From an uncultured archaeon (lineage in GTDB: Archaea; Asgardarchaeota; Lokiarchaeia; Sigyniarchaeales; SOKP01), in NCBI GenBank assembly GCA_964486045.1, contig CAZALK010000001.1, positions 648,242-712,241 on the forward strand: 64,000 nucleotides of DNA, given 5' to 3'. The translations under genes and the position numbers were made by a program. The notes under the pieces were generated by a model. The model saw nothing but the letters and a program-made list of their open reading frames with translations. It was not told the DNA's origin and made no database searches. How positions within the stretch are numbered: the stretch's first letter is position 1; every line of letters begins with the position of its first letter. Shown here piece by piece: positions 40,242 to 50,700 of the stretch.

Positions 40242-41174
40242 CTAATCAGATAAAAAACTCATCAAATATTCTGTTATTTTTTCTGTAATCATAGTACTTG
40301 CTTGAATTTGTGTTTCAACAGTTTGACTTCCGATATGAGGGGTAAGTATTAAGTTATCTTCACAAGAACATAAATCCAAGTTAGTCAAGGGTTCTTGTTG
40401 ATACACATCTAAGGCAGCACCGCTTATTTGTCCATTTTTTAATGCCTTCACTAAAGCAAACTCATCAATTAAATCTCCTCTCGCTGTATTAACTATTAAA
40501 GCGTTTTTATTCATCATATTAAGTCGTTTTTCATTTATTGTGTGTTTAGTTTCATTAGTAGAGGGTAAATGTAATGAAATTATTTGAACATCTACTATAA
40601 GGTCATCCACATTACGATAAACATTATATCCTAATTTTTTTGCTAATTCAATAACCCTTTTCTCTTTATCGTAGACCCCAATTTTCATTCCAAAAGCAGA
40701 ACATCTTTTTGCTACCTCCTGACCAATGTTACCGAACCCAATTAATCCCATTTTCTTATCTTTTAAAACAAATCCCATACAGTCATTTTTGCACCACTTA
40801 CCACAATGCATCATCTCATCCGCTTTTGATATATGCCTAGCTAAGTTAAGTATCAAACCTATTGTCAATTCTGCTACTGAAACAGACGAGGCTTCTGGAG
40901 TATTGAACACTTTAATCCCTAATTCTTTTGCCTTTTGTAGGTCAATATTATCAAGACCAACACCAGCCCTTCCAATTACTTTCAATTTTTTACCCTTTTC
41001 TAATATATTAGCAGTCAGTCTTGTTCTTGATCTAACTATAACAGCTTCATAACTCTGAATTTCTTTTTCCAAATCACTTAGAGTTAGATCATAAAATTCA
41101 TTATATTCGAGCCCATTTTCATCAAAAATCTTAAGAGATTCCTTCTGGATCTTATCTGTAATTAAAATCTTCAT
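40242..41174 (-). CDS. serA: D-3-phosphoglycerate dehydrogenase-like (D-2-hydroxyacid DH, no ACT domain)
   Basis: GRAGVGLDNID, GFGNIG, NTARG, EP, TPHIGSQT. Confidence 0.8.
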   Translation of the reverse strand: MKILITDKIQKESLKIFDENGLEYNEFYDLTLSDLEKEIQSYEAVIVRSRTRLTANILEKGKKLKVIGRAGVGLDNIDLQKAKELGIKVFNTPEASSVSVAELTIGLILNLARHISKADEMMHCGKWCKNDCMGFVLKDKKMGLIGFGNIGQEVAKRCSAFGMKIGVYDKEKRVIELAKKLGYNVYRNVDDLIVDVQIISLHLPSTNETKHTINEKRLNMMNKNALIVNTARGDLIDEFALVKALKNGQISGAALDVYQQEPLTNLDLCSCEDNLILTPHIGSQTVETQIQASTMITEKITEYLMSFLSD

Positions 41175-41267
41175 CTAAATCTGAAAAAAATAATTTTTAT
41201 TACCTTGAATAAATTATCCTAATTATTAATTGCTTTTAGATTTATATTTTTTGAATTTTATTAACCT

Positions 41268-41777
41268 ATGGAAAGAAAAAACAAGAATAAAGATTTTCTC
41301 AACAATCCAAAGGTTGAGAATAAAGAAGGATTAACTGTATCATATGATAGAGATGAGTTAAAAGAAAAATTTCCTCATTTAGTTACTGAAATGTTAGGAA
41401 AAAAACCCCCCATAAAAATCGACTTAATTGAAAATAACATTGATTTAAAGCAATTTAGTGCTGAAATATCAAATCTAGATGAATTAGTAGATCCACGTGT
41501 AATTGATTTTTTAAGAAGATGTATGAATAATGATGAAGCCCTCAATATTTTAGATTACTTACTAAAACAAAAAGAAATCTCAGATGAAGAATATAATTCT
41601 TTTAAAAATCAGATTTTAAAAGGGAAAGGATTAAAAGAATTCATTGATAAACACGGAGGTTTTAAAGGTCATGGTTATTATGAAAAGAAATATAGAGATT
41701 TGACGCGAAGTAAATTAGCACAAAATAAAAATTTAAGTGCACACAAAAATATAGATAAAGAAGTTAAGATACCATGA
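41268..41777 (+). CDS. DUF2095-like archaeal protein
   Basis: FP.L..E, P.VIDFLRRC...EA..I..YL....EI, GYY. Confidence 0.75.
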   Translation: MERKNKNKDFLNNPKVENKEGLTVSYDRDELKEKFPHLVTEMLGKKPPIKIDLIENNIDLKQFSAEISNLDELVDPRVIDFLRRCMNNDEALNILDYLLKQKEISDEEYNSFKNQILKGKGLKEFIDKHGGFKGHGYYEKKYRDLTRSKLAQNKNLSAHKNIDKEVKIP

Positions 41778-41789
41778 TTATTATATTAA

Positions 41790-41871
41790 GAGAAGAAAAA
41801 TGATGAGCTTATGACAATAAGAACTAATGCTCTTAGTTATGACTCATGTCGCCCCAATCTGATTTTTTCTC
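41790..41871 (+). ncRNA. Box C/D sRNA, predicted guide for 23S rRNA Gm2251 (E. coli numbering)
   Basis: Box C ATGATGA at 41800 and box D CTGA at 41859. 9-bp terminal stem GAGAAGAAA/TTTTTTCTC and an internal K-turn-like hairpin. Guide TGTCGCCCCA is complementary to P-loop UGGGGCGGCA. Confidence 0.85.
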
Positions 41872-41897
41872 CTAAAATTTTATAATAAGATTTCAGT

Positions 41898-42161
41898 TCA
41901 TTTACCCTTTGATGCATTTTCTAGCTGATTCTTTAATTTGAGCCCTCTTTCTGTTAAGAAATGCTCTTTTTTGACTACTTTAATGAGGTTTAATTCTAAT
42001 AAGACGGGTATTCTTCCTTTAACACATGAAATTGGTAACCCTGAAAATAATCTAATTATTTCATAATTCTTTGCTCCTTTATCAATTGCAAATAATATTT
42101 CAATTCCCATATAACCTAAAAGATTTTTTAAATCTTCTTTAGATTCTTCTCCATTAATCAA
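41898..42161 (-). CDS. Small winged-helix protein
   Basis: Helix-turn-helix plus LT.RG wing exit. Confidence 0.65.
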   Translation of the reverse strand: MINGEESKEDLKNLLGYMGIEILFAIDKGAKNYEIIRLFSGLPISCVKGRIPVLLELNLIKVVKKEHFLTERGLKLKNQLENASKGK

Positions 42162-42224
42162 TATAATCCAAACACACTATTTTCTTCTAGAAATTTTTTA
42201 GGTGTTGTTAAATCACTTGGTTCA

Positions 42225-43442
42225 CTAATTACTACTGGTTTCATTTGAGTTTAAATCATCGATGCTTACTAAAGGGGATTTATCATCTTCCTTCTCAGTA
42301 TCCTTTAATTTAGGACTGTAATTGTTGGCGACAACGGGTTCAGACTCCTTTGGTAATAGTTTTCTCATCCATTCCGGAAAGGCAGTAGTAATTTGCAAGT
42401 TTGTCTTTAAGACTATATACATTTCACTATCATAATTAATTTCTTCAATTACGTCGTATTTCTTCAGAAATTCAATATTTTCCATTAATGAGTCTAGAGA
42501 CTTCTTTGAAACTAATTTTGGAAGTTTATCTTTTGAAATAAGTCCATTTCTTAACTCAGTAAGAACATTATACTTTTTAGGATCAGCCATTATCTGAAAT
42601 AGAGTAAATATATCTTCTTTTATTTCTTCAATGTTTTTTTTTTCATATTCACTAAAGTAATCTTGGACTTTTGGTAACAGTAATTCTATTAATTCAGGTT
42701 TATCATCTATATACTCTATTACACTATCCGGGGGTATTCTCTCTGCATTTACTTCCTTTAATAGAAGTACATATTTTTCTACTAGACCGATTTGATTTAT
42801 GAAAATGAATTGCCTATCTACTAAAGTTTTAATAATTTCATCGAAATCTTTATTTGGAAAATCCTCGATAAACCCTTCTCTTAGCCACTCCAGAGGTATT
42901 GGACCCTTTGATAACCTTTCTAAAGTTTCAAACATGTGTTTGTCATTCATTAAAATTGCTATTTTCTCTTCTTCAGTTTTTTCTCTTATATCTTCAATGA
43001 TAGTCCAGTATAAATTAATTAACCATGCCTTTACAAGGGCCTCATTCTTTATTATTATCTCTTTTTCATTTTCATGATAATTTACATCGTTAATATAAAA
43101 TGCCGTGTAAATTTCTTCATTTGATTGCAACTGCTCTGAGAATTCAATACATAGTTCTGATATTTTTTCCTCGATTTCTGGTAAAATTTGTTGATCGAAA
43201 ACCGCTGATACCATTAACATTTCCTTATTTCCACGAGCCCAATCAGAGTGAATTTCAAAATAGTAATTCATTGATTTTAAATTTTCAAAAGAGTGAGTAA
43301 AAAAACCTTCACTAAATTGTTGATCCATGATATTCGCTATTTTAACTGATAAATCTTTGCTTAAAGAATTTTTTGGGTATGAATAAAATACTAAAGGTCC
43401 GATCTTACGATGAAAATATGATATGGCTACAATAGTCTTCAA
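42225..43442 (-). CDS. uDENN/longin-domain protein (NPRL2/FLCN-like) with C-terminal winged-helix-like repeats
   Basis: N-terminal SYFHRKIGP....YP and SDWARG loop, followed by two wH-like segments. Confidence 0.7.
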   Translation of the reverse strand: MKTIVAISYFHRKIGPLVFYSYPKNSLSKDLSVKIANIMDQQFSEGFFTHSFENLKSMNYYFEIHSDWARGNKEMLMVSAVFDQQILPEIEEKISELCIEFSEQLQSNEEIYTAFYINDVNYHENEKEIIIKNEALVKAWLINLYWTIIEDIREKTEEEKIAILMNDKHMFETLERLSKGPIPLEWLREGFIEDFPNKDFDEIIKTLVDRQFIFINQIGLVEKYVLLLKEVNAERIPPDSVIEYIDDKPELIELLLPKVQDYFSEYEKKNIEEIKEDIFTLFQIMADPKKYNVLTELRNGLISKDKLPKLVSKKSLDSLMENIEFLKKYDVIEEINYDSEMYIVLKTNLQITTAFPEWMRKLLPKESEPVVANNYSPKLKDTEKEDDKSPLVSIDDLNSNETSSN

Positions 43443-43654
43443 TTAGCGAATCTCCATTACGATTTTTCTTTTATATAAGCACTACAGCTATTTTTTAATG
43501 TTTAACCTAAAATAAATTAATATTAAAGATTATATATTATTAAAGATAAATAAATTTATCTTAACTCAACCTCTAATATCTTTAGGCAAATAAAATACGC
43601 AGTTTTTTTATTTTACTCTTTAAAATCTAATAAATAGAAAGGTTAGAATTAAAT

Positions 43655-44392
43655 ATGTGCCCAATAAAACTAATTGGATTCGATCTTGATGATTGTCTGT
43701 TTGACTCCACAAGATTATCTGATAGGGCTAGAATTAAAGGGATTGACGCAATGATTAACTTAGGTTTAAAAATCGATAGAAATGAAGCAATTCGGACAAT
43801 TTATGATATAGTGCTAGAATACGGTTCAAATTTTTCAAAACACTATAATTTCTTCATTCGAAGATTAAACCAATTAAATGAAAATATAGAATTTATCAGT
43901 TATAATGACCGATATAAATTTATTGCCGCAGCAGTTATGGCTTATCATGAAGAAAAAGTAAATTCAATAAAGTTATATGATGATGTTGAAATCTGTCTTA
44001 AAAAATTAAAGGATTCAGAAATTAAAACTGCAATTATTACTGATGGATTACCAATAAAACAATATGAGAAGATTTTGAGACTTAAAATTGATAATCTTTT
44101 CGATTTAATAATTATATCAGACGAAATTGGAATAAAAAAGCCAAACCCCGAGTTATTCAAATACTGGTTAAAGAAGTTTAATGTCAAAGGTGAAGAAGTT
44201 ATATATATAGGAGATCGAATTGATAAAGATATCTTTCCAGCAAATTTAAATAATATTCATAGTGTTTATCTTCATAGGGGAGGAAAACATGATAAATATG
44301 ATGACAATATAAAAAATGAGGGCCAATTCAAGCCAGATTATGAAATTACTAACTTAAATGAATTATTTGATATAATTCATGAAATCTCATAA
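43655..44392 (+). CDS. HAD-superfamily hydrolase (TIGR02253-like)
   Basis: FDLDD, ITDG...Q..K, KKP.P, GDR..KD. Confidence 0.92.
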   Translation: MCPIKLIGFDLDDCLFDSTRLSDRARIKGIDAMINLGLKIDRNEAIRTIYDIVLEYGSNFSKHYNFFIRRLNQLNENIEFISYNDRYKFIAAAVMAYHEEKVNSIKLYDDVEICLKKLKDSEIKTAIITDGLPIKQYEKILRLKIDNLFDLIIISDEIGIKKPNPELFKYWLKKFNVKGEEVIYIGDRIDKDIFPANLNNIHSVYLHRGGKHDKYDDNIKNEGQFKPDYEITNLNELFDIIHEIS

Positions 44393-44418
44393 TAAAGAAA
44401 TTAGAGAATAGTCAAAAA

Positions 44419-45231
44419 ATGAAAATAGCGTGTATTCAGCCCCAAATATTGCAAGAAAGAAGTCAGTGTTACCTCGAAATTGAAAAAACTTTAAAGAAGT
44501 TAATTGAAAAACATAATAAGACTGAAATAATTTGTTTACCAGAAAAGTGGGTTCCCTTTTCCAAGAATTTAAACGAAATTCTTCAAGAGGAGCGAGGAGA
44601 TGACTACATTTTCTTTAAAAATTTGGCTAAAAAATATAACATCAAAATAATATCTGGAGCGATTTGGGAAAATAGAGATAGTTCTGAAAAACCAGCAATT
44701 ACTTGCTATCTTATTGATGAGAATGGTGAGGAGATTGGTAGACAAGATAAGATCCACCTTTATGCATATGAACAAGAACTGTTCGAACCAGGAAACGTGT
44801 TAAATCTATTTAAAATAGAAAAATCGTATTGTTTTGCAATTCTCATATGCTTTGATATGGCTTTTTTTGAAACCCCTCGTGTAGCTGTCGAAAATGGAGC
44901 GGATATTTTATTTTCCCCAACTCAAATAGGGGAGGATGGAATGTTTAATTGGGACATTTATTTAAAAGCGCGGGCTCTAGAAAATCGGGTACCTATTGTA
45001 GCATGTAACACTTTTGGTAGGCATCTTCGAAGAGTGTTTCGTGGAGAAAGCAAAATTATATCATTTCTAAAAGGAAGTGTATCTCCTTCAAAATTAAAAA
45101 TATCAGAAGGGCCTAGTGGTTCAAGCGGGTTTATTTTTGATGATATTGATTTAGATTTTCCAAGAAAGCTTAGAAAAATTCGATTAAATGAAAAAATTGA
45201 CAAAAATAAAATTAAAGTGAAGAAAATTTAG
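44419..45231 (+). CDS. Carbon-nitrogen hydrolase (nitrilase/amidase)
   Basis: Catalytic triad LPE, KIHL, ICFD, plus ARALEN. Confidence 0.92.
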   Translation: MKIACIQPQILQERSQCYLEIEKTLKKLIEKHNKTEIICLPEKWVPFSKNLNEILQEERGDDYIFFKNLAKKYNIKIISGAIWENRDSSEKPAITCYLIDENGEEIGRQDKIHLYAYEQELFEPGNVLNLFKIEKSYCFAILICFDMAFFETPRVAVENGADILFSPTQIGEDGMFNWDIYLKARALENRVPIVACNTFGRHLRRVFRGESKIISFLKGSVSPSKLKISEGPSGSSGFIFDDIDLDFPRKLRKIRLNEKIDKNKIKVKKI

Positions 45232-45253
45232 GTTAAAAATAATATAAAGGAAC

Positions 45254-46210
45254 ATGAAAAATTCTATAGAATTACAAAAAATTCTATTTACAGGCCTAGA
45301 AGACGGAGGGAAAACTTCAATTCTTTTATCATTAGATAAAAAATTTAGTTTATTGCCCACAGTTCAACCCACAATAAAAACAAAGAGAACTTTTTATACA
45401 AACTCATTATTAGGAATTCAAATTACCCGGTGGGATTTAGGAGGTCAAAAATTATATAGAAAAATATATATCAATGAAAAAAGTAAATACTTTACTGAAA
45501 CACAATCTATTTTTTATGTAATTGATATTCAATCACCACGTAAATTTGAGGAAGCTTTAATATATCTCAAAGATATTATTAATGCTGTTTCAGAAAATCA
45601 TGTTAAAAATTTTCAGCTTTTAATATTACTCCATAAATTTGATCCAGATATTAAAAGCAGGAGTGATATAATTGAGAATCAAAATTTTCTCGAGTCCCAA
45701 ATTACAAAAATTATTGGAAATTTAAAATTTTCGATTTATAAAACTTCAATTTATGATGTAGCCACATTATTAAAAGCTTTTTCTGATGGAGTTTTTTATG
45801 CCACACATAAATCTAAAATGTTTCAAGCACTATTAAAGGATTACATGGGAAAAACATTCAATAGTGTTACACTCTTATTAGATCAGAATTGTTTTATCAT
45901 TGCCAGTAGATCTACGAATGAAGATTATCAAAGAATTTGTGAAGAGATTGCTCCACGACTAACTCAAGCTCTTGAAAAACTCGAAGAATGGGCAATAAAT
46001 ACTATTGATATAGTTACAACAATCGAATTTCCAGAAAAGCACTCAGATTTCCAAAAAAAAGGTATTATTTTTCTTAGGAAACTAGATATTACTAATACAA
46101 GATTCTATCTTATTGCTCTTTGCTTAAATAAAAATGTTAAACTCAGGGCGTATGAATATTTACCTTTATTAGCAGATAATTTAAAGAACTTATTAGAAAG
46201 TTTTGAATAA
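45254..46210 (+). CDS. Rag/Arf-like small GTPase with C-terminal Roadblock-like domain
   Basis: G1 GLEDGGKTS, G3 WDLGGQ, G4 HKFD, G5 TSIYD, and C-terminal LLLDQNCFIIAS. Confidence 0.88.
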   Translation: MKNSIELQKILFTGLEDGGKTSILLSLDKKFSLLPTVQPTIKTKRTFYTNSLLGIQITRWDLGGQKLYRKIYINEKSKYFTETQSIFYVIDIQSPRKFEEALIYLKDIINAVSENHVKNFQLLILLHKFDPDIKSRSDIIENQNFLESQITKIIGNLKFSIYKTSIYDVATLLKAFSDGVFYATHKSKMFQALLKDYMGKTFNSVTLLLDQNCFIIASRSTNEDYQRICEEIAPRLTQALEKLEEWAINTIDIVTTIEFPEKHSDFQKKGIIFLRKLDITNTRFYLIALCLNKNVKLRAYEYLPLLADNLKNLLESFE

Positions 46211-46268
46211 ATTTTTTTTCTTGAAAGAAAGAATTCTCTTTAAGTGAGAATTTTTAATTGATTTTTAG

Positions 46269-46327
46269 ATGATAATTAATCATTACGAAGACAGAATACA
46301 AGATGATTAAAAGCTAACCAAACTTGA
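46269..46327 (+). ncRNA. Candidate second box C/D sRNA
   Basis: C ATGATAA, D' CAGA, C' ATGATTA and D TTGA within 59 nt. The C6/D1 change is compensatory. No target assigned. Confidence 0.4.
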
Positions 46328-46430
46328 ATTTCTTCCAAAGTCATTATTTATTTTTACTTTTAGTGACCCCTCTCTGGGGGGGTTTAAATACTTTAATTTT
46401 AACCAATTAGAAAAAATAATAACATAAAAA

Positions 46431-47624
46431 ATGACCTTTATGCTCGATTTTGATCAACGTTTTGTGGGACCAAAAGCAATTTTTGACCCAAATTTTATTC
46501 CTCCTCAATTGTTGTTTAGAAAAAAAGAAATTATATCATTGAATTCTATTTTAACTGACTCTCTTTCTGATGGATTTTGCCTTAATATACTCTATCAAGG
46601 AATTAATGGAATAGGGAAAAAAGTAATAGCTAACAAAGTTATAGATGATCTCTCAAGAGAAAATAACGGATACAATGATATTCATAAAGTGTTTATAGAT
46701 TGTAAGGAGAAAAATTTTGAAGAATTGACATTTTCTGTATTAAACGACTTGGTTAATATTTCTAAACTTGATTTTAATTTTGAATCCCTCCTGAACTCAA
46801 ATCTGTCACATTTATGGAATGTCTTTAAATTAATCTGCAAAAAAACTGATCTTAACCTTTTCTTTATTTTTGCTAATGTAGAACATTTAAAACCAGATAT
46901 ATTTAAAAAATTTCTCCACCTTGGAAAAGAAAATAATATCACCTCAATTTATACTATCAACAAAATACTGCGACCAACAACAATCGATATCCTATCTGAA
47001 TTTGATTTAAAAAAAAAGTTGAGTTATTTTTCTTACAAAGAACTGTTTTCTATTCTGAAACAAAGAGTTTTATTGACTTTTTCACATGAAGTAGATGAAG
47101 ACCTCATTAAATATATTACAGATTTAATTTGTGAGCAATATGTTCCAGTCCCAGGAAAAGGAATAGAAATAATAAGAGATATATATCCCATATTAAAAGA
47201 AAATCAAATTATATGTGATTTTAGGTTAATAGAACTGTGCCAGAGTCATTTTGACCATATGCAAATTAATGATGAATTTTCTATGTTGAATTATATGTCT
47301 GAAAAAGATTTTTTAAATATCATATTTTTAGACAATCTCTCAAATTATTTTATAAGTAATATGAATTACTACATCGCATTAAATGAACTTGAAGAGATTT
47401 ACAGTATATCTTGTGAATCTTTAGAATATGTAAAGAATATGAATGAATTTCATGATATAATTAAAGAATTATCAAGTATAGGAATATTAAGACCATCGAA
47501 GAAATCTCAAAAGAAAAAAATTTCATCTTTCTTTGATAATTCCGCAAATACCGACTCCTACTTTATGGTTATAAGTCCAAATCAATTAAAAGCTCTTATT
47601 GATACTTTATTTGAAAGATATTAA
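46431..47624 (+). CDS. Degenerate Orc1/Cdc6-like AAA+ protein
   Basis: F.P.F.P..L.FR..E N-terminus, Walker A GINGIGKK, Walker B FANVE, C-terminal wH. Confidence 0.75.
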   Translation: MTFMLDFDQRFVGPKAIFDPNFIPPQLLFRKKEIISLNSILTDSLSDGFCLNILYQGINGIGKKVIANKVIDDLSRENNGYNDIHKVFIDCKEKNFEELTFSVLNDLVNISKLDFNFESLLNSNLSHLWNVFKLICKKTDLNLFFIFANVEHLKPDIFKKFLHLGKENNITSIYTINKILRPTTIDILSEFDLKKKLSYFSYKELFSILKQRVLLTFSHEVDEDLIKYITDLICEQYVPVPGKGIEIIRDIYPILKENQIICDFRLIELCQSHFDHMQINDEFSMLNYMSEKDFLNIIFLDNLSNYFISNMNYYIALNELEEIYSISCESLEYVKNMNEFHDIIKELSSIGILRPSKKSQKKKISSFFDNSANTDSYFMVISPNQLKALIDTLFERY

Positions 47625-47795
47625 TTATATTTGATGGAAACTTAATTCTTTAAATCAAAGTGAGGAATTATAAGCGGGAAACTCTATCAAAAATCAAAGG
47701 CAATTTGAGTTTTTTTATATTTACGACATGCCTATTATATATATATTGGGAATTACTCTATTTTTTATAATAAAGGTAGCAAATGGAGATTAATT

Positions 47796-50700
47796 TTGAC
47801 TTACATTAAAAAAATATCCATGACTGGTTTCAAATCATTTGGAGACCGTACCGTAACAATAAAACTCTCAAGTGGTTTTACTTGCATAGTGGGGCCTAAC
47901 GGGGCTGGAAAATCCAATATTATTGATGCCTTGTGCTTCGCCTTAGGAAGATTAAGTAAGAAAACAATGAGAGCCAAAAGCCTGGAAGATTTGATTTTTG
48001 CTGGATCTCGTGGTAAGAATCCTTCCCAAAGAGCATCAGTCACGATGTTTTTTGATAACTCTGATAATATTTTTCCAGGAGGTACTGATACTTTTGAGAT
48101 TACTCGTACAATAAAAAGAGGAGGGGGCGGTGGTTACAAGATGAATGGAACAAAGTCTACCCGCCAACAAATTCTGAATGCATTAGCCGCCGCAAATATT
48201 GATCCTGATGGCAGCAATCAATTTGTCTTACAAGGAAAGATCGTTGAGTTAACTCATATGAATGCTGAAAGACGAAGATTTTTCATTGAAGACCTTATAG
48301 GACTTCAAAAATACGATGAAATGAAAGATTCTACATTGAAAGAACTAGAAAAAGCAGAAAGAGATTTGGGGCAATTTGAAGCAATTTTCAATGAAGTATC
48401 GTCTCAACTTAAAAAAGTTGAAAAAGAGAAAAATGACGCGCTATTATGGAAGGAGTTTGATGAGCAAATAAACTCTTTAAATTCTCAGTTAATTGCATTA
48501 AAAATATTAAAATTGAGGGATGAAGAAGATGATTTGGAAAAGAAAATTGAATCTTCTTTAAAAATTACTGAAGAATTAAAGGAAAAAATTAATCGACAAG
48601 AATCTTTACTTACACAAGAATCACTTGTTATGGATAACATTCAAACAACAATAAACGAGAAGGAAAAGGAAAAAGAAGAAATAACTGAGGTTATTACTCA
48701 ACTAAAAACCAAAATTTCTTCCAACCAAACAACATCAAACATCGCTGAACAATCAATAGCAAAAGTGCATAAAGAAATAGAAAATCTAACAAAAATGCAA
48801 ATGAAACTCGAACAAGGTCAAACTATTGATATCTTAATGGAAGGTGTTGTATATGATATTAATGAATGCGAAAATAAAATCGAAGAAGCTAAGAAAGAAA
48901 TCGAGAAAAGACAACAAACCCAATCAGAGCTAGATTCTAAAATAAAAAATAATGAAGAAGAAAAATCATTATTCAATAGTGACATCTCAAAAATACGACA
49001 AGATATTTCATCAAATAATGCTCAAATTAAAGTGTTAAAGGATAACATCAAGAAGAATGAAGATAAGAAGGTTAAGTTAGAGGTTGAATTGAATAAACTA
49101 AAAAAAGACGCTGAAAGTATAGATGAAGCTATTGATGATGCAAAGAAGGTAGAAAAAGTAATAAGATCACAGATAAATAATTTAAAAACTCAACTCGTTG
49201 AGGAAAATCAGAAACAAAAAGATTTGGAGAAACAAATAAATAATTTTCAAGAAGCTAAAAATCAATTAAATACAAAATTGATAAATTTACAATCTAATCT
49301 ATCATCTCTTAATACAGAGATTAATATGAATAACGGGAGTATTCAAGATTTAAACACTAAGAAGACAGATATTGAAACAAAAATTCAGGAATTGAGTAAA
49401 GGTAAAGATACAGAGGTAGTAGTAAAAGAACTATTAAGTCAGAATGAGAAAGTAAATAAGGAAATAAATGAACAAAAAGGAAAATTAAAAAAAAAAAACT
49501 CAAACTATAAAAAAAATGAGCAAGCCCTAGAACTGCTAAAAGTGAAAAAAGAATCTTTTGGATCTGAACTTAATGATAATAAAGGAAAAATAGATACCCT
49601 AAGCACAGAAGTAAAAATATTTACAAAAGAATATACGAAACTTGAACGAGAAAAAAATAGCTTAGATTTACAGGTAAACACATTAAATAAAAATATTTTA
49701 AATATAGAAGATGAATTAGAGAAATTTAGTCGAAAAAAGGATAATGTCCAAGGACGCTTAGAAGACCTTTCAAAAGAGAAAGAAAATTTATTAAAGAAAG
49801 TAGAATCTTCCGAAATGGAATATGAGAAGAACGCTACAGATATTACTGGAATTCTACAGATATTAAATATGCTTACTCAAAACATTAATATCTCGGTTGA
49901 ATCCATTAAAGGTAATATACAACAATCTAATGCAGAGGCAATCGAGACATCTGCTGAAGATTTTAAAAAATATGTTTTGGATATTGTCGACATTATGAAA
50001 ACAGTTGAAGAACTTGGTAGTGAAACAGAACAAGTAACTGAAACGTCAATGATGCTCAAGTCTATTATGAAAACTCTAAAATTGTTCACTGATAATGCCG
50101 ATGGTACGATTTTTCAATTAATTGAGAAAGTTAAAGAATCAGCAGATGTAGAAATTCAATCTTCCACAATGACTTTTGATAATTTCGTTCAAGATCTCAT
50201 GGAAATCCTCGAAAATGTCTATATTTCTCTAAGAAAATTAACTATGTCGAAAAGTCAAGAATTATATAAACAATTGGAGGAAATATCTGAAAATATCAAC
50301 TCCCAAACTGGTGATTTTAATCTTATAGAAAAGAGATTAACAGAAATTAATATCCAAACAAAATTCTATACTGAAAATGCTTCATCAATTAATCGTAGAC
50401 TTGATGAAATCAACAAAAGGAATCTGGAATTAAATGAGAGAATTTCAAAATCAAATCAAGAAATAAATGTAAGAACTGGTGTTATAAACGAGAGGAAAAA
50501 GGAGAAAGAAAATATTGAGCAAGAAATACAAAAATTAGAGGGTATTAAAGAGACTTTTTGGGATGATATATCGAAAATCCAAGATAATATTGAGAAAAAA
50601 CAATTAGATTTAGAAAATTCAAGAGATAAATTGCACGAATTACATGGAATCCAAAATTTGTTTGAGAATATAGTGGAAATCGAAGAAAATATCCAAAAAC

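Noticed and set aside
47630-47691. SECIS element or H/ACA RNA
   Set aside because: No AUGA/GA quartet and no in-frame UGA in the upstream gene. The minus-strand H/ACA reading turns G-U pairs into mismatches and lacks a K-turn.
46211-47795. Replication origin next to the cdc6-like gene
   Set aside because: A G-string and GGAAAC words are present, but no full TCCA-n-GAAA ORB repeats.
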